From the NCBI RefSeq assembly GCF_009914755.1, contig NC_060931.1: 64,000 nt of DNA, one strand, 5' to 3'. The stretch is from the human T2T-CHM13v2.0 reference genome, Homo sapiens. The position numbers were made by a program, and so were the translations under genes. The notes beneath the pieces were generated by a model. The model ran no database searches and was not told where the DNA came from. It worked only from the letters and a program-made list of their open reading frames with translations. Position 1 is the first letter of the stretch. Each line of letters starts with the position of its first letter. Below, one piece after another: positions 18,542 through 34,675 of the stretch.

Positions 18542-19329
18542 TAAATGCCACAGGAAGTGAGGGTTAAGAAAAGGGCTAAAAGTTGAGAGATTTATTAGAA
18601 GTCTATATGAGGAGCAGAGAATACCCCACCCTCTCCTGAGCGGCCAGGTGACTACCCCTCACATAATCTATACCAAGAAGAATTAAACCAGTGGAGCTCC
18701 AGACTCGGGAACCCCAGCCCAGTGAAAGGCAGGTAATAGGCACAAGGCTAAAAAAGATCAAGTGTAAAGTGAATAGTGAGACCCTCCCTGCATGCTCAGC
18801 TTCCAGAACACAGGGAACCAGCCTTATCGCCATGGCCGCCTCCTTTTCCCACCACCCTCTACCCAAAGAGAGCAAATTGTAGAATTCTTCTCCAGAATAA
18901 CTGAATATCCAAGAGAAATACCTAGAGATACAGATAGTTGTGAACTCTACCAATAAAAATCAAGCAGCCTGCTACTCCACTCATCTACAATGAAACCAAC
19001 AAGCTCAACCGTACAAATGGAATTTTCAATCAGCTCTTTGATGGCTCCTTTTTAAATATGAACTGACAACCAGGGATCACTTGACATTTAAGAAAAAATT
19101 TTCCAATATAAAAGACTCTAAAACACACACAAATGTGTGCATATGTATGCACACACAGAAAAAAAGGAACTACGAAGAAACAAAGACAAGGTAGGTAGCA
19201 AAAAAATATTTTCAAAAATTAAATCTAATTGATATTCTTAGAAATAATGAAAATATTAGCTCAATAGGAAAAGATCGGGAACTATATAAAGAATAATAAG
19301 AGAAATGGAGCTCTTAAAAATTAGAGATG

Positions 19330-19621
<292 letters not shown>

Positions 19622-19699
19622 TTAAATATTAAAACAAAAACTTTTAAATGTTTTTTCAATGAAGGGGTAGAAGAAAGAGTTTAAGAAATCTCCCACACT

Positions 19700-20098
<399 letters not shown>

Positions 20099-20320
20099 TC
20101 AAACCAAGAGATTCAACATCTGATTAATGAATATTCCAGAGAGAACAAGGAAAGTAAGTCATGGAGGGGAAATTATCAAAGAAATAATTCAAGAAAAGTA
20201 TAGAACATGAGTCTCCAGATTAAAAGAGCCCTAAAATGTTGGTACAAAGAATAAAAAGCACCCCCACCAACGGACATCATTGTAACATTTCAATACATCA
20301 GAAAGAAAGACCTTGTGCAG

Positions 20321-21774
20321 CTCTCCCTCTCCCTCTCCCTCTCCCCCTCCCCCTCCCCCTTCCCACGTTCTCCCTCTCCCTCTCTTTCCACGGTCTCCCT
20401 CTCCCTCTCTTTTCACGGTCTCCCTCTGATGCCGAGCCAAAGCTGGACTGTGGTGCTGCCATCTTTGCTCACTGCAACCTCCCTGCCTGATTCTCCTGCC
20501 TCAGCCTGCCGAGTGCCTGCAATTGCAGGCGCGCGCCGCCACACCTGACTGGTTTTCGTATTTTTTTGGTGGAGACGGGGTTTCGCTGTGTTGGCCGGGC
20601 TGGTCTCCAGCTCCTAACCGCGAGTGATCCGCCAGCCTCGGCCTCCCGAGGTGCCGGGATGGCAGACGGAGTCGCGTTCACTCAGTGCTCAATGGTGCCC
20701 AGGCTGGAGTGCAGTGGCGTGATCTCGGCTCACTACAACCTCCACCTCCCAGCCGCCTGCCTTGGCCCCCCAAAGTGCCGAGATTGCAGCCTCTGCCCAG
20801 CCGCCACTCCATCTGGGAAGTGAGGAGCGTCTCTGCCTGGCCGCCCATCGTCTGGGATGTGAGGAGCCCCTCTGCCTGGCTGCCCAGTCTGGAAAGTGAG
20901 GAGCGTCTCTGCCCGGCCGCCATCCCATCTAGGAAGTGAGGAGCGTCTCTGCCCGGCAGCCCATCATCTGAGATGTGGGGAGCGCCTCTGCCCCGCCGCC
21001 CCGTCTGAGAAGTGAGGAGCCCCTCCGCCCAGCAGCCGCCCCGTCCGAGAAGTGAGGAGCCCCTCCGCCCGGCAGCCACCCCATCTGGGAAGTGAGGAGC
21101 ATCTCCGCCCGGCAGCCGCCCCGTCCTGGAGGGAGGTGGGGGGGTCAGCCCCCCACCCGGCCAGCCGCCCCATCCGGGAGGTGAGGGGCACCTCTGCCCG
21201 GCCACCACCCCGTCTGGGAGGTGTACCCAATAGCTCATTGAGAATGGGCCATGATGACAATGGCAGTTTTGTGGGATAGAAAAGGGGGAAAGGTGGGGAA
21301 AAGATTGAGAAATCAGATGGTTGCTGTGTCTGTGTAGAAAGAAGTAGACATGGGAGACCTTTCATTTTGTTCTGTACTAAGAAAAATTCTTCTGCCTTGG
21401 GATCCTGTTGATCTATGACCTTACCCCCAACCCTGTGCTCTCTGAAACATGTGCTGTGTCCACTCAGGGTTAAATGGATTAAGGGCGGTGCAAGATGTGC
21501 TTTGTTAAACAGATGCTTGAAGGCAGCATGCTCGTTAAGAGTCATCACCACTCCCTAATCTCAAGTACCCAGGGACACAAACACTGCGGAAGGCCGCAGG
21601 GTCCTCTGCCTGGGAAAACCAGAGACCTTTGTTCACTTGTTTATCTGCTGACCTTCCCTCCACTATTGTCCTATGACCCTGCCAAATCCCCCTCTGCGAG
21701 AAACACCCAAGAATGATCAATTAAAAAAATAAAATAAAATAAAAAATAAAAAATAAAAAATAAATAAATAATAA
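20321..21774 (+). mobile_element. Full-length SVA retrotransposon (SVA_C/D-like)
   Basis: (CCCTCT)n hexamer 20321-20410, antisense Alu-like domain to ~20790, GC-rich VNTR ~20790-21220, SINE-R (HERV-K env/LTR-derived) ~21220-21720, A-rich tail; perfect 19-bp TSD AAAGAAAGACCTTGTGCAG at 20302-20320 and 21775-21793. Confidence 0.97.
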
Positions 21775-22859
21775 AAAGAAAGACCTTGTGCAGATCAGAA
21801 TGGCATCAGTGGTCAGAATGGAACTGGACTTCTTAAAAGCATTATTGGAAATTAAAAGATAGGTGGGAAAATGTCTTTACAATTCTAAGGAAAACCATAA
21901 TCTACCTATATCGAGCCAAACTACCAACGATGAGAGTAAAATAAAGACATTTGCCTGTAGAAAAGAACCTACACATATTACTCCTCATTACCATTTTCAG
22001 GAAGCTACTATAAAATGTACTCCACAGAAAGGATTAAAACAAGAACAAAAAAAAGATAGGGAGCAGGAAATTGGGGGTCAAACAGGGGAGAGAGAGAGAT
22101 AAAGAGAATTATTAGAATGATGGCAAAGGCCAGGTAGCCCAGAGAGCAGCAAGTCCAGAGAGCAACTGTCAAGTTGGAGCAAGAGAATGGGAGGTTCAAG
22201 GGGAAAGAATAAACTGATTGATTATCTGATGAGTGTTATGGCATGAAAAACAGCATAGAAAACTGGATTGAAAGGTTGTTGGAAGAAAAATTAGATATTT
22301 AGCACCCCCCCACCAAAAAAAATAAAAACAGAAAATGAAAAATATAAGGCAATCATTAACACCAGGGGAATAAAATGTCCAAGAAAGGAAACAACCATAG
22401 TATACTACTTGGCAGATGAATGAACAAACTTTGCACAGTCATAATAATGTAATGTAAATACGAATGTACATTCAACCTTAAACTGTGGTTCAACCATACT
22501 GGGAGTCTGGAGGGAGGGGGAAGGGGTATGTAAGAAACCTAGATATTTTCACATAATATGAAATCAATAGAAAATATCAGAATGGATAAACTGAACATTA
22601 ACGGTAGGAGCACATGATGTAGAAATGTGGAAACCAGAAGAAAGAAATAAAAGCGTTGAAAGTGAAGGAGCTGGCATGTGGGAAATCAAGAAATAGTGGG
22701 ACAGGGGACTGTGTTTTTTAGTTATAAGGTTTATAGCCCTGTTTGATTTTTAAAAATTGTCTACCTGTGATAATTTGATGAAAGCACTCATTTAAAAATA
22801 ATAACGGGATTATATGATATGATCTTTAAATGTTTTTCTTAGCTATAAAAGACACTATT

Positions 22860-23160
22860 GGCTGGGTGCAGTGTCTCACACCTACAATCCTAGCACTTTG
22901 GGAGGCTGAGGCAAGAGGATGACTTGAGTTCAGGAGCTTGAGAACAACCTGGGCAACATGGCAAGACCCCATTTCTACTAAAAATACGAAGAAAAATTAG
23001 CTGAACATGGTGGTGCACACCTGTGGTCCCAGCTACTCAGGAGGCTGAAGTGGGAGGATTGCTTGAGCCCAGGAGGTGGAGGTTGCAGTGAGCCAAGATT
23101 ATACTACTGCACTGCAGCCTGAGTGACACAGCAAGACCCTGTCTCCTATAAAAAATAAAA
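22860..23160 (+). mobile_element. AluJ SINE
   Basis: Dimeric Alu; CACTATTG on both flanks. Confidence 0.9.
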
Positions 23161-23444
23161 ACTTTGTTCTAAAAAAAAAGGGCACTATTGAAAATTTCAA
23201 AGGAAAGAAACCTCTTGAAATAGGGAAGTATGAAAAGTAACTAACAGGTTAAAGAAATAAATGCTTTTTTCTGCATATGCTTCTTTTTTTTCTGCTCTTA
23301 TGCTAATTCCATAAACTTTGGACTAGAGAAGGAAATGTGTGTACAGTAGCTGTAGACTGGAAAAGAAAATGTTTGTGTGATTAGAACCTACATCTGAACT
23401 TGGCCTAGGTTAACTTCCTGAAGAGTAATTTGAAAGAACACAAA

Positions 23445-23800
23445 CAGAAGAACTACTCAGCAATAAAAGGGAACACATTTCTGATACCTGCCACAACATG
23501 GATGAATCTTCAATGAATTAGGCTAAGGGAAAGAAGCCAGCTCCATAAGCCTGTATAATGCGTGATTCTATTTATATGACATTCTAGAAAAGGCAGAACT
23601 ATAGGGATAGGAAACAGATCAGTGGTTGCCAGGGACTGGAGGTAGGGTATGGGGTTGACTCTGAAGGGGCTCTGGAAAAAGTTTTTGAGGTGATGGAATA
23701 AGTCTATTTCTCAGTTGTGCTGGGGGTGGAACAACTGTACTTTTGTCAACCTATGGAACTGTATGCTAAAAGGGATGAATTTTATTTTACGTACATTATC
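23445..23800 (+). mobile_element. L1MC/MD/ME 3' end fragment
   Basis: CAACATGGATGAATCT, TTTATATGACATTCTAGAAAAGGCAGAACTATAG, CAGATCAGTGGTTGCCAGGG. Confidence 0.7.
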
Positions 23801-24071
23801 TCTCAGAGAGAGAGAGAGAAAGGAAGGATATGGTTTCCAAAGTAGTTTTAGCTTTACAGATTGTCAAATGAAACTAAAAAATATCCCACATCCTTGGGCC
23901 TCTTCTCACTGTACTGGGTGTATCATGAAGACCCATAAGACCTTCTTTCCCAGATGTACCAGTAGGGATAGGAAGCCCCAAAGTGCTGTGCACTAGTCTA
24001 TATGAGCTTCATGATCAACACAGTTTTTCTCAGAATTTTCTAAAAGCCAAATGTTAAACAATAAAAAATCT

Positions 24072-24618
24072 CTATGGTAGATTTTGAAAACAGCTGTAAT
24101 TATTCCTCTCCTTGAACCCACATTACTTTGCAGTATGCTTTTGCAACTCCTTCCCTCAAGAGGAAGAGTCTAGCTCTCCACCCTTTGACTTCGGACTGAC
24201 TTTGTGAATTGTATCACCAGCCAAATACGGTGGAGGTAACTTTGTGCCAGTTCTGAGCATAGGCCTCGAGAGACCTTGTGGGCTTTCATGAGTTCACTTA
24301 GAGCCCAGACTAGCTACCATGTGAAAGATCCCAAGCTGGTCTCTATGAGAGAAGTCTGGCCCAGTCACCCTTGTCACCACAGCTAATAGCTTGCCAACTT
24401 CCAGACATGTGAGTGAGGCCATCCTACACCAGGAACCTCCAGCAAATCCACTGGCTGACCCCAGACACATTAGCACCCAGTCAAGTTCAGCCAAGCTCGA
24501 GCCAGATGAGCTGAGTTATCCAGCCGATCCATAGAAACAGAAACAATAATAAATGGTTGTTGTTTTAAGTCACTAAGCTTTGAAGTACTTTGTCATGCAG
24601 CAGAACCTAAGTGATACA
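24072..24618 (+). mobile_element. MLT1 (ERVL-MaLR, MLT1F/G/H-like) solo LTR
   Basis: CAAGAGG.AGAGTCTA, ACATGTGAGTGAGGCCATC, AATAAATGGTTGTTGTTTTAAG, terminal GATACA. Confidence 0.75.
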
Positions 24619-24854
24619 ACATAAAAAAGAACACACTTTTGTAAAAACATAAAAGGGGGGGCGGGAAACAGCTCACCTAGGTGTCTTTCTACTACTAGAT
24701 ATTTTTGACCAGGGATAAGTCATAAAATAATGACTTCTTAAAGTTGCATAAAATAGCATATTGCATTGTGAAAAAATATCAATTTTGCTTGCAGGAATTT
24801 ACTCTGTAGGTATACTCACATCGGTGTGCGTATTATTAACTAAGTGAGTCCTGA

Positions 24855-25165
24855 TCAGCCTAAATAAAGTTTTATTGGAACACAGCCTCAGCTATTCATC
24901 TACATATTCTCTACAACTGCTTTCACACTACCATGGTAGACTTTAATAATCTTGACAGAGTATGTGTGGTGCGCAACGCCTAAAAGAGTTACTATCTGGT
25001 CCTTTACAGAAAAAGTTTGCTGAGCCCCTGGTCTAAGCCAGTGGATCTGGAACTTTAGCGTGCATCAGAACTACTTGAAGGACCTGTTAAGACACAGATT
25101 GCTGCCATCTACCTTCAGCGTTTCTGATTCAGTCAGTCTGGCTAGGGCTGAAAATTTTGCTTTTC
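24855..25165. mobile_element. MER58-like fragment followed by MER5-like hAT fragment
   Basis: AAATAAAGTTTTATTGGAACACAGCC...TTTACAGAAAAAGTTTGC, then GCATCAGAA...TGTTAAGACACAGATTGCTG. Confidence 0.65.
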
Positions 25166-25522
25166 TACTTCGGTCTCATGACCCTCAAATTGCCCTGTGG
25201 AGGCAACTGCCTGTTCTATGACCTCTGTAAGCTAGTTACACAGGCTCCTCAATCCACACCTAGGTGCAATTTAGAGAAGAGTTCAAAACAGCATTGCTGT
25301 GCCTTCCATGCCCTGAGCATTCTGCTGAGCTGTAGGGTTGAGCTCACAGCTCCCACTTTGTCTTTTAAATGAGACATTTCATCTTTCCTCCCAGGCATTT
25401 GGAGGGAGAGCCACAGAACCTGGAAAAGAATGTTAAGAACTGGATTCAAGTTTCTACTGCACTGTGTGCTTGTGTAAGTCAGTTTACCCCTGATACTATG
25501 GAGATAATAAAATACCCTTCCA

Positions 25523-25841
<319 letters not shown>

Positions 25842-28800
25842 CTACTTTACATGACTATTGTGAGAATTAAATAGGAAATTTTATGCAAACTACTTCATCA
25901 GTGTTAACATTTCATAAAGTTAAATTATGTATTATCATTAGTAGTCTATTGTATTGTTGTAACATTGTTATTATCGGTAACCCCAGTAGTTCCAAGTGGA
26001 AGTTGCTATCAGCAGAGAAAAAGGCTTTGCCCAGAAAGAATAAACATTAATGAAATCCATCCCTGATTAAAAGGAAGGCCTTTCACGCATTATGTAGCTT
26101 CAGACATTATTCTGCATTCAAAGGTAAATATTTATCTTCATCCTTGGCAGAAGAGAAGAGTGTTCAGGACATGTGAGTGGTGTTGATGGATCCGAGTTGT
26201 CCGTCCTGGGAGCTCAAAGCAAACCCTTCCTGTATCCCCGTCCAGAGCATCTCCTCAATCTTTGGGTTCCATTTTCAGCCTCCAAGGCCATGCCAGCCTC
26301 TGAGCACCTCCAGGTGCTCCAGTGATGTCTGCTGAATTGCCCCAAGAGGACTCAAGGCACCAACACCTGCCCACACAGTAATGCTCAGGAAATGCCTGCC
26401 AGCCAGCTCCAGGCTACAAAAAGTCATTAGCTGCTCGTGACCCCTGGCATGGCTGCCACAGGCTGGATTGAAAGTTGATGCAGATTGTAGCAACCCGGCA
26501 TTACGGTCCCCACTAGCCGCCCAGCTCCCCAGACATGCCTGAGCTGACGTTTGCTGGCTGGCTGATCTCCTGAATGTCTTTGCTGCAACCTCAGCTCCGT
26601 GCTTCTCGGGGAGGTTAGCCAGAGGTGGAGGCCTGCCTATTTGCTTCATGTTTGCTCTTTAGCTGTTATTTCAAGGTCATCTTAACTCACTGGCAGCCAG
26701 GTCCCAGATTACCCATCAGCCTGGCGTATGCGTCTGGTGTCCTGATTTGAAGCATGGTGCCTATAACTGCTTTCCCTTGCCACACTCCCCGATTTACTAA
26801 TTCCAGTGTTTGTGGCCTCCCAGCAATTCCTTATGCCCAGCTCACTCAGAACTCAGGTGAACCTCCATGAGAGCTCTGGGCTGGTGCCAAGAAATTCAAA
26901 TCCCAACAACACATGGCAAGAAGGCTCAGAGCCCGCCAGCTCTGTTAGGTAGCCTTAGGGGAAGAGCTGTTGTCTAGTCCACAGGGAGGTGGAGTCTCCT
27001 GATCCAGCCTTCTTAGGAAGTTCTGTGCCTCCAGAAGTTAGACTGCATATGGCTTCACCCTGAGAGGCACTAACAAGTTTGTACTGATGATGCCAGAGCA
27101 CTCAGTCAGCTTCTGATTGATAGTGTGTGATCTTCCCTTGGAATGAGGGAGTCAGAGGGCTGGATCTGGTCTTTCTTCTGCCACCAGTTTACTCTGGGGT
27201 CTCCCATAAGTCACATCACCTCTCTAGATCTTGGTTGCTTTCTCTAAAAAAAAAAATGAAGGAGGAATTTGCATTAAGATTTCTAAGACTTCTTTGAGTA
27301 CCAAGGTTTTATGATTCCTTTGAACTCTAGGGATGCCATTTCTACCCCCTCCCCCAAATATATACACACTCATAAAGAATGCAAACAATTTTTAATATGA
27401 ATACAAGCAAAATGTAATAAAGAAGGCAAATTTGCTGCCCCAAATTTGCATAATGTATTCTCAAGCCAAGCAGAAATGGCATTTGAGTTGTGTGCTGTTT
27501 TGAATTATCTGCACCACTGCACCCCTGCATTTGTGCAGATAATTGGAAGGTGGCTATATATGGGGCAGATATACAGTTGTCCCATATGGGTCACATCACA
27601 ATAGCATTTCTCAGAGTTGGGGTTAATGTGATTAACTCAGTTGGTGGAGTCCAAGGAAGACCATGAGTCAGATCTCTGCAGTTTGATATACAGAAAATTC
27701 TCTTTTCAGATGTCCGTAAATATACCCCTGATTATAAAAGGAATAAAGAGGGTAAGAAAACGCATGTGTTAACTAAATTCTGAATCAGTAGACTCTTGCA
27801 TCCGTAAATTTTGGTTTGTGATCAAAGTGACTACAAAGGCAGGTAACATAATTTGTCACTTTATTGAGGCATGAGCTTGAATCACCTGTGGTAGGTGACA
27901 GGTGACAAGAAAAAGAGTTACAGATGGTGATGACACCAACCCAGTTTCAAGATAGTCATGCAGCAACTCAGCCTTGTCCTCATAGACAGCAACACATGCA
28001 AACACTGTAAAGAAGTGTTGCACTTGGACACTTTAATAAAGCTTAAAAGGCTATAAGCTTGTCTATGAAGATATGCAAAGGAAATACGTGATTTGGAATG
28101 CAACTCTGAAGAAAGCTTGGACTCTGTCCAAATGCTCCCATCCACTTGAATTCAGAAATGTGAACAGGTTCTCGTGGTGAAGGTCTCAGGGACTACAGAG
28201 GTAGACACAAGAAGCTGTCTTAGGAGCTTGAAAGGGGTGGTTTTAGGACAAATACAACAAATTACTACTCGACAAAGCAGGTAGTAAAGAAATGAAACAT
28301 GTTGCCCCTGCAGGCAATACAGGCTGAAAATAGAAATAGGTTCAAAAATTGCTTTGGATAAATTCAAGACCTATAAATCTACAACAGAGGTTTCCTTTGT
28401 AATAGGAAAGCTAGGTCTACTTGACACTTGACAGAATAGCTGTGCTTGATACAAATCGTCGTTTTTGCCACTCTCAGAACCACGGCTGCTACTACTGCCC
28501 TTTGCTTTTTGAGTGCAAGGGACTTCCTAAGAACTGTACGTGCATTCTCTTGTTTAATCCTCACAGGTACACTGTATCAGGTATGATGGTTCCCATTTCA
28601 GAAAAGAAGAAATTGAGTATTGCACAAAGCTCCTGGGTTGACTGCTCAGCTCTCACAGTCTCTCCCCCATGCGACCACATCTGGATCTTGTGATCCTGCT
28701 CTCCTCCCCCCATTGCCAACTGATACATGGACAAACCCCTGACCCAACCCAAGGTGAGTCAGTCACATTCTGTCTCCAAGAAATGTGAAGTGAGAGTGCA

Positions 28801-28859
28801 CAGATGTGGGGCTGTGCCCACTGATGGCAGAAATCCAGATGAAGAACATGTCCCTGGAG

Positions 28860-29522
28860 AAACTGTAACCCTCGTACCTTGATGGTGGGAATGGGAAATG
28901 GTGCAGCCACTGTGGCAAACAATTTGCTGGTTCTTGAAAAAGCTAAACACAGAACTACCACATGACCCAGCCATTCCACTACTATGTATGCACCCAAAAT
29001 AATGGAAAAGAAGGACTTAGATACTTACACACTAACGTTCATGACAGCATTATTTACAATAGCCCAAAGCTGGAAACAAGCCAAGTATCCACCAACAGAT
29101 GAATACATGAATAAATGTGGCCTATCTAGACAATGGAATATTATTTGGCTATGAAAAGGAATGAAATTCTGACACATGCTACAACATGGATGAACCTTTG
29201 AAACATTATACTAAGTGAAATCAGCTAGACACAAAAAGATAGGTAATGTATGATTCCATTTATGTGAAATATCTAGAATAGGCAAATTCATAGAGACAGA
29301 AAGTAGGTTAGAAATTACCAGGGAGTGGGAGAAAAGAAGGAATATGGGAAATTATTGCTTAATGGTGACAGAGTTTCTGTTTAGGATGATTTTTAAAGTT
29401 TTAGGGAAAGATGGTGGTGATGGTTATACAACATTGTAAATGTAATTCATGCCACTGAATTGTACACTTACAAGTGGTTACACTGGCAATATTTTATATT
29501 ATGTTTACCCCATTAAAAAAGT
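28860..29522 (+). mobile_element. L1MB 3' end
   Basis: AAATGGTGCAGCCACTGTGG, GAAATTCTGACACATGCTACAACATGGATGAACC, GGCAAATTCATAGAGACAGAAAGTAG. Confidence 0.82.
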
Positions 29523-30029
29523 AAACAAAGACCAAGTGTTCTACTGCTAGCTCCCCAGTGCAGCCCTGCCTGCCTAGGCTCTTCACTTGGCTGTTTAATT
29601 GAAATGACTCAGTATTATGAGAATAAGTTTCCTTCTGTTATTTAACTAGCCAGACTCAGTGATGTTACTGGTGACCACTAAACTGAAATCATATATGAAG
29701 GTTTCAGGTTTCAGAAGGAACTTGCCTAAAGTCTCACAGCTTCAGAGTATCAGAACTGGGATATAAGCCCACAAGCCCGTAAATGTCTGGCCTCAGACAG
29801 ATCTCAGAGCCATGACTTTAACCACAGTGTCACTGCACAGTGTCAGAAAACTGATGTTGGACTGTGTAGGGTCTGCAAGCATTCACTCATGCCATCTTCA
29901 TCTTCCAGAATGCAAATATCCCAAGAGCATGAAAAATGAATTCATTCATTCATCCATCAAGCCAGTTTCCCAGACAACCAGTCAATGGCTAAGTATTTGT
30001 TGGGTATATAACAGTGCACAGAATATTCA

Positions 30030-30122
30030 AAGAGAGAGAGAGAAGGAGGAGGAGGAGAGGAAGATGAAGAGGAAGAGTGAGAAGAAGGAGGAGGAGGAAA
30101 AAGGAAGGAAGGAAAAGAAAGG
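30030..30122 (+). repeat. GA-rich low-complexity polypurine tract
   Basis: (GA)n/(GAG)n/(GAA)n run. Confidence 0.85.
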
Positions 30123-30406
30123 GAACCCCACACTCTATAACCTTGTGATCCATTTGGGGGCCAAGTGCCATATGGGTTAAATACCTAAACAATTAAGCCG
30201 TGTGATCAAGCCTTGCACTTCAAAGCCTCTGAGGGGAAGGAGATTGAATAAAAAGAAAAGAAAAATCTGTATGTTGTGAATTGGCTTCAGCAATAAAAGA
30301 AGTTCTTCCTGGTGGACAGTCTGGGCCTGGCGGAGGTAATGATTTCCAATTGGTTTAGCAGCTCAACAACCTTAATTACAGTCCCCAAATCCACTACCAA
30401 GATTTA

Positions 30407-30706
<300 letters not shown>

Positions 30707-31232
30707 GATATCACCATTTAACCCTTTATGTTATTCCTCAAAAGCCACCAGACACCCCTCTGTTTCATCGTTTTTGATGTTACTCCTCATGTCACTGGTT
30801 CACTAGATTTTATTGTGAAATGTTTGCCCAGTTAGGATTTGGGGGAGGGGTGTTCAGTGTTCAAATCAAGAATAGGCCTGCCTTTACTTAGGCACAAACT
30901 TCTTTTATAGTCAGAAATCTGACTAGTCACAGATGGTTTTAAGAAGAGTAGTCCTGCATTTCATTGTTTATTTAATCAAAGGAAAATCTCACAAAATTCC
31001 TATCACTGTGAACCACCTTCAAACCCAGTCTCCTCTCTGACTTAACACTTTGGCTGAGCCTGATTTATCAGGTCAGGCAGTGTAGCAATTAGCCATGTTA
31101 ATCACAAAAGCGTGTCTTAAATTTAATCTGATATGTTCTACCCATGAATACACACAGGAAACACCCTTATATATGGATCTAGGAAGAAGTAACAACCATT
31201 ACACCTGACTTGCTAATGTATCTCCTTTGGCC

Positions 31233-32612
<1,380 letters not shown>

Positions 32613-32769
32613 CCCTTCTTGGTGATTTAATTTTTTTTTTCAATTAGCTCAAACACATACAATCAGGACACTTAACATGAAAAAGTGCATTTCTAGCTTA
32701 TCCTGAAATATTAGAAGAGCTTACAAGATAGCACACATTCCTGGATGAAAACAATTGTCTGAATTTAGA

Positions 32770-33022
32770 AATAATAATTGCCAGCATTTATACCATTCCT
32801 AACATGTGCCAGAAACCATTCTGGATGCTTTGTATATATTGACCCATTTAGTACTCACAATAACCTTAGAAGGCAGGTGCTAGTGATGAGCCCATTTTAC
32901 AGATGGGAGACTGAGGTGCAGAGAGATCACATATTTAGACCATGATCACACAGTGAGAAATAGCAGAAGCAGGATTTGAACTCAGTCTGTCTGGTTCCAG
33001 GATCTGTGCTGTTAGCCACTGC
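32770..33022 (-). mobile_element. MIR SINE, near full length
   Basis: CCCATTTTACAGATGGGAGACTGAGG core, GGATTTGAACTCAG. Confidence 0.8.
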
Positions 33023-33522
33023 ACACCACCAGTAGCAGGGCCATGCATGCTCCAGTTCACCACAGTCTCCATCAATCTCCATCGTCTGCCACCTGGTGCT
33101 GTCCTCATTTATGTCAACCCGCTAGGTTTCTGTAGTCATCCAAATTTGCAACCTCAGCATTACATATTTAATGAGGAAAAGAAAGCCCAGCATATAAATT
33201 TAGGATTTTTGCCATAATCTCCCAGGATACTTTTCATGCCACCAAATTGCTGACCCCTGGAACTCAAAGCAAATTCCATACATTTATCCACGTGCAAGAA
33301 TTTTGTAATTCTTACTATCACCCATCACAGTAAATTTCCCACCTCCCAACTTCCTGTGGATTTTAAAAAAAAAACTGTGTATTTGACGGCAGTAGTTTCA
33401 CAAGTAATTTGTGTTTTCATATGTTGAAGTCAGCAATGTTTTGCAGGTTAGAGGCCCTGTAGGCCTGTTAGCTCAAAGATGCTTGTAGAATAGTGCAAAG
33501 GGAAGCATTAAGAGACATGGGA

Positions 33523-33820
33523 GGCCAGGTGGGGTTGCTCACACCTGTAATCCCAGCACTTTGGGAGGCCAAGGTGGAAGGATCACTTGAGCCCAGGAGT
33601 CCAAGATTAGCCTGGGCAATATAGTGAGACCCTGTCTCTACATAATAATAAATTTAAAAATTATCTGGGTGTGGTTATGTACACCTGAGGTCCTAGCTAC
33701 TTGAAGGAATACTGAGGTGCGAGGATTCTTCAGCCCTGGAGGTCCAAGGCTACAGTGAGCCATGTTCATGCCGCTGTACTTCAGCCTGGGCAACAGTGCA
33801 AGATCCTATCTCAAAAGAAG
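33523..33820 (+). mobile_element. AluJ SINE
   Basis: Diverged dimeric Alu. Confidence 0.9.
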
Positions 33821-34169
33821 AGAGAGAGATACAGGAATGGGCAGCAGAATGGTGCAGAATGCTGTGATGTAAGTGAAGGAAAGTAGAAGTAACCAGAATC
33901 TGAGAAAATGGACTGAGCAGACCCCAGAAGCATCTTGAAAGCAGGAAACCAATGTTGAAGGGAATATTTTCACTTAGGTCAAAAGCTCTGAGCAGAGAAA
34001 GGAGGGCAGGGAATGAGGAGCACACCATTTAGATTGACAAGCAACTGAGAAACTCATTTTCCAATGGAAACTGTAGGTAAGAGAAGTTGTTCCTGAAAAG
34101 CAGAGACAAGGGCCTTAAGTTTCTAGGGATGCAGAGAAAGGAAAAAAAAAAAAAGAGGAGAAAGGCTAT

Positions 34170-34675
34170 GTGGTGGACATTGATTGCTTTTGCTTACCCA
34201 GGACTTATTTCCCCTTCTTGGTTATAACACTACACCCAGTCAGTGTCATTCTGAGAGAACTGACCCCACCCATGGCTCCAGAAATTGGTATGTGGCCCAA
34301 GCATGGCCAGTCAGAAGATTCCATTCTGCTGGCTACACTGATTGGTTGGGAGTGCGATCTAAGCCAGGTGATATAATTCAGTCCTGTGATTTGCACTGGA
34401 ATTACTAGGACAGGTAAACTCTTGCAGATATTTCTAGCTATTAATAAAAGAATGGTAGATGCTTGAAGCTGCTGGGAGCTCCTATAAGGAGAACAACTTG
34501 AAAATGATGCTAATACAGATGAGAGAGAAGAAAATGGAATTCTATTGATTTGACATGGTTCAAGCCTCTGGACCCAGCCATACCCAAAACTCTGGACTTT
34601 TCCGTCGTGAGAACCAATGGGTTTCTTTTTGTGCTAAACTCAGTTTGAGTTAGAGTTCTGTTGCTTGCAACAACA
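34170..34675 (+). mobile_element. Old MLT1 (J/K/L-like) solo LTR
   Basis: GGCCAGTCAGA, CCTCTGGACCCAGCCATACCC..CTCTGGACTTTTC, CAGTTTGAGTT...TTGCTTGCAAC. Confidence 0.6.

Noticed and set aside
20236-21720. Overlapping ORFs of up to 195 aa
   Set aside because: Stop-poor GC-rich SVA VNTR, Alu-like and SINE-R sequence.
29812-30192. E/K/R-rich ORF
   Set aside because: Translation of a GA-rich low-complexity tract within L2/MIR remnants.
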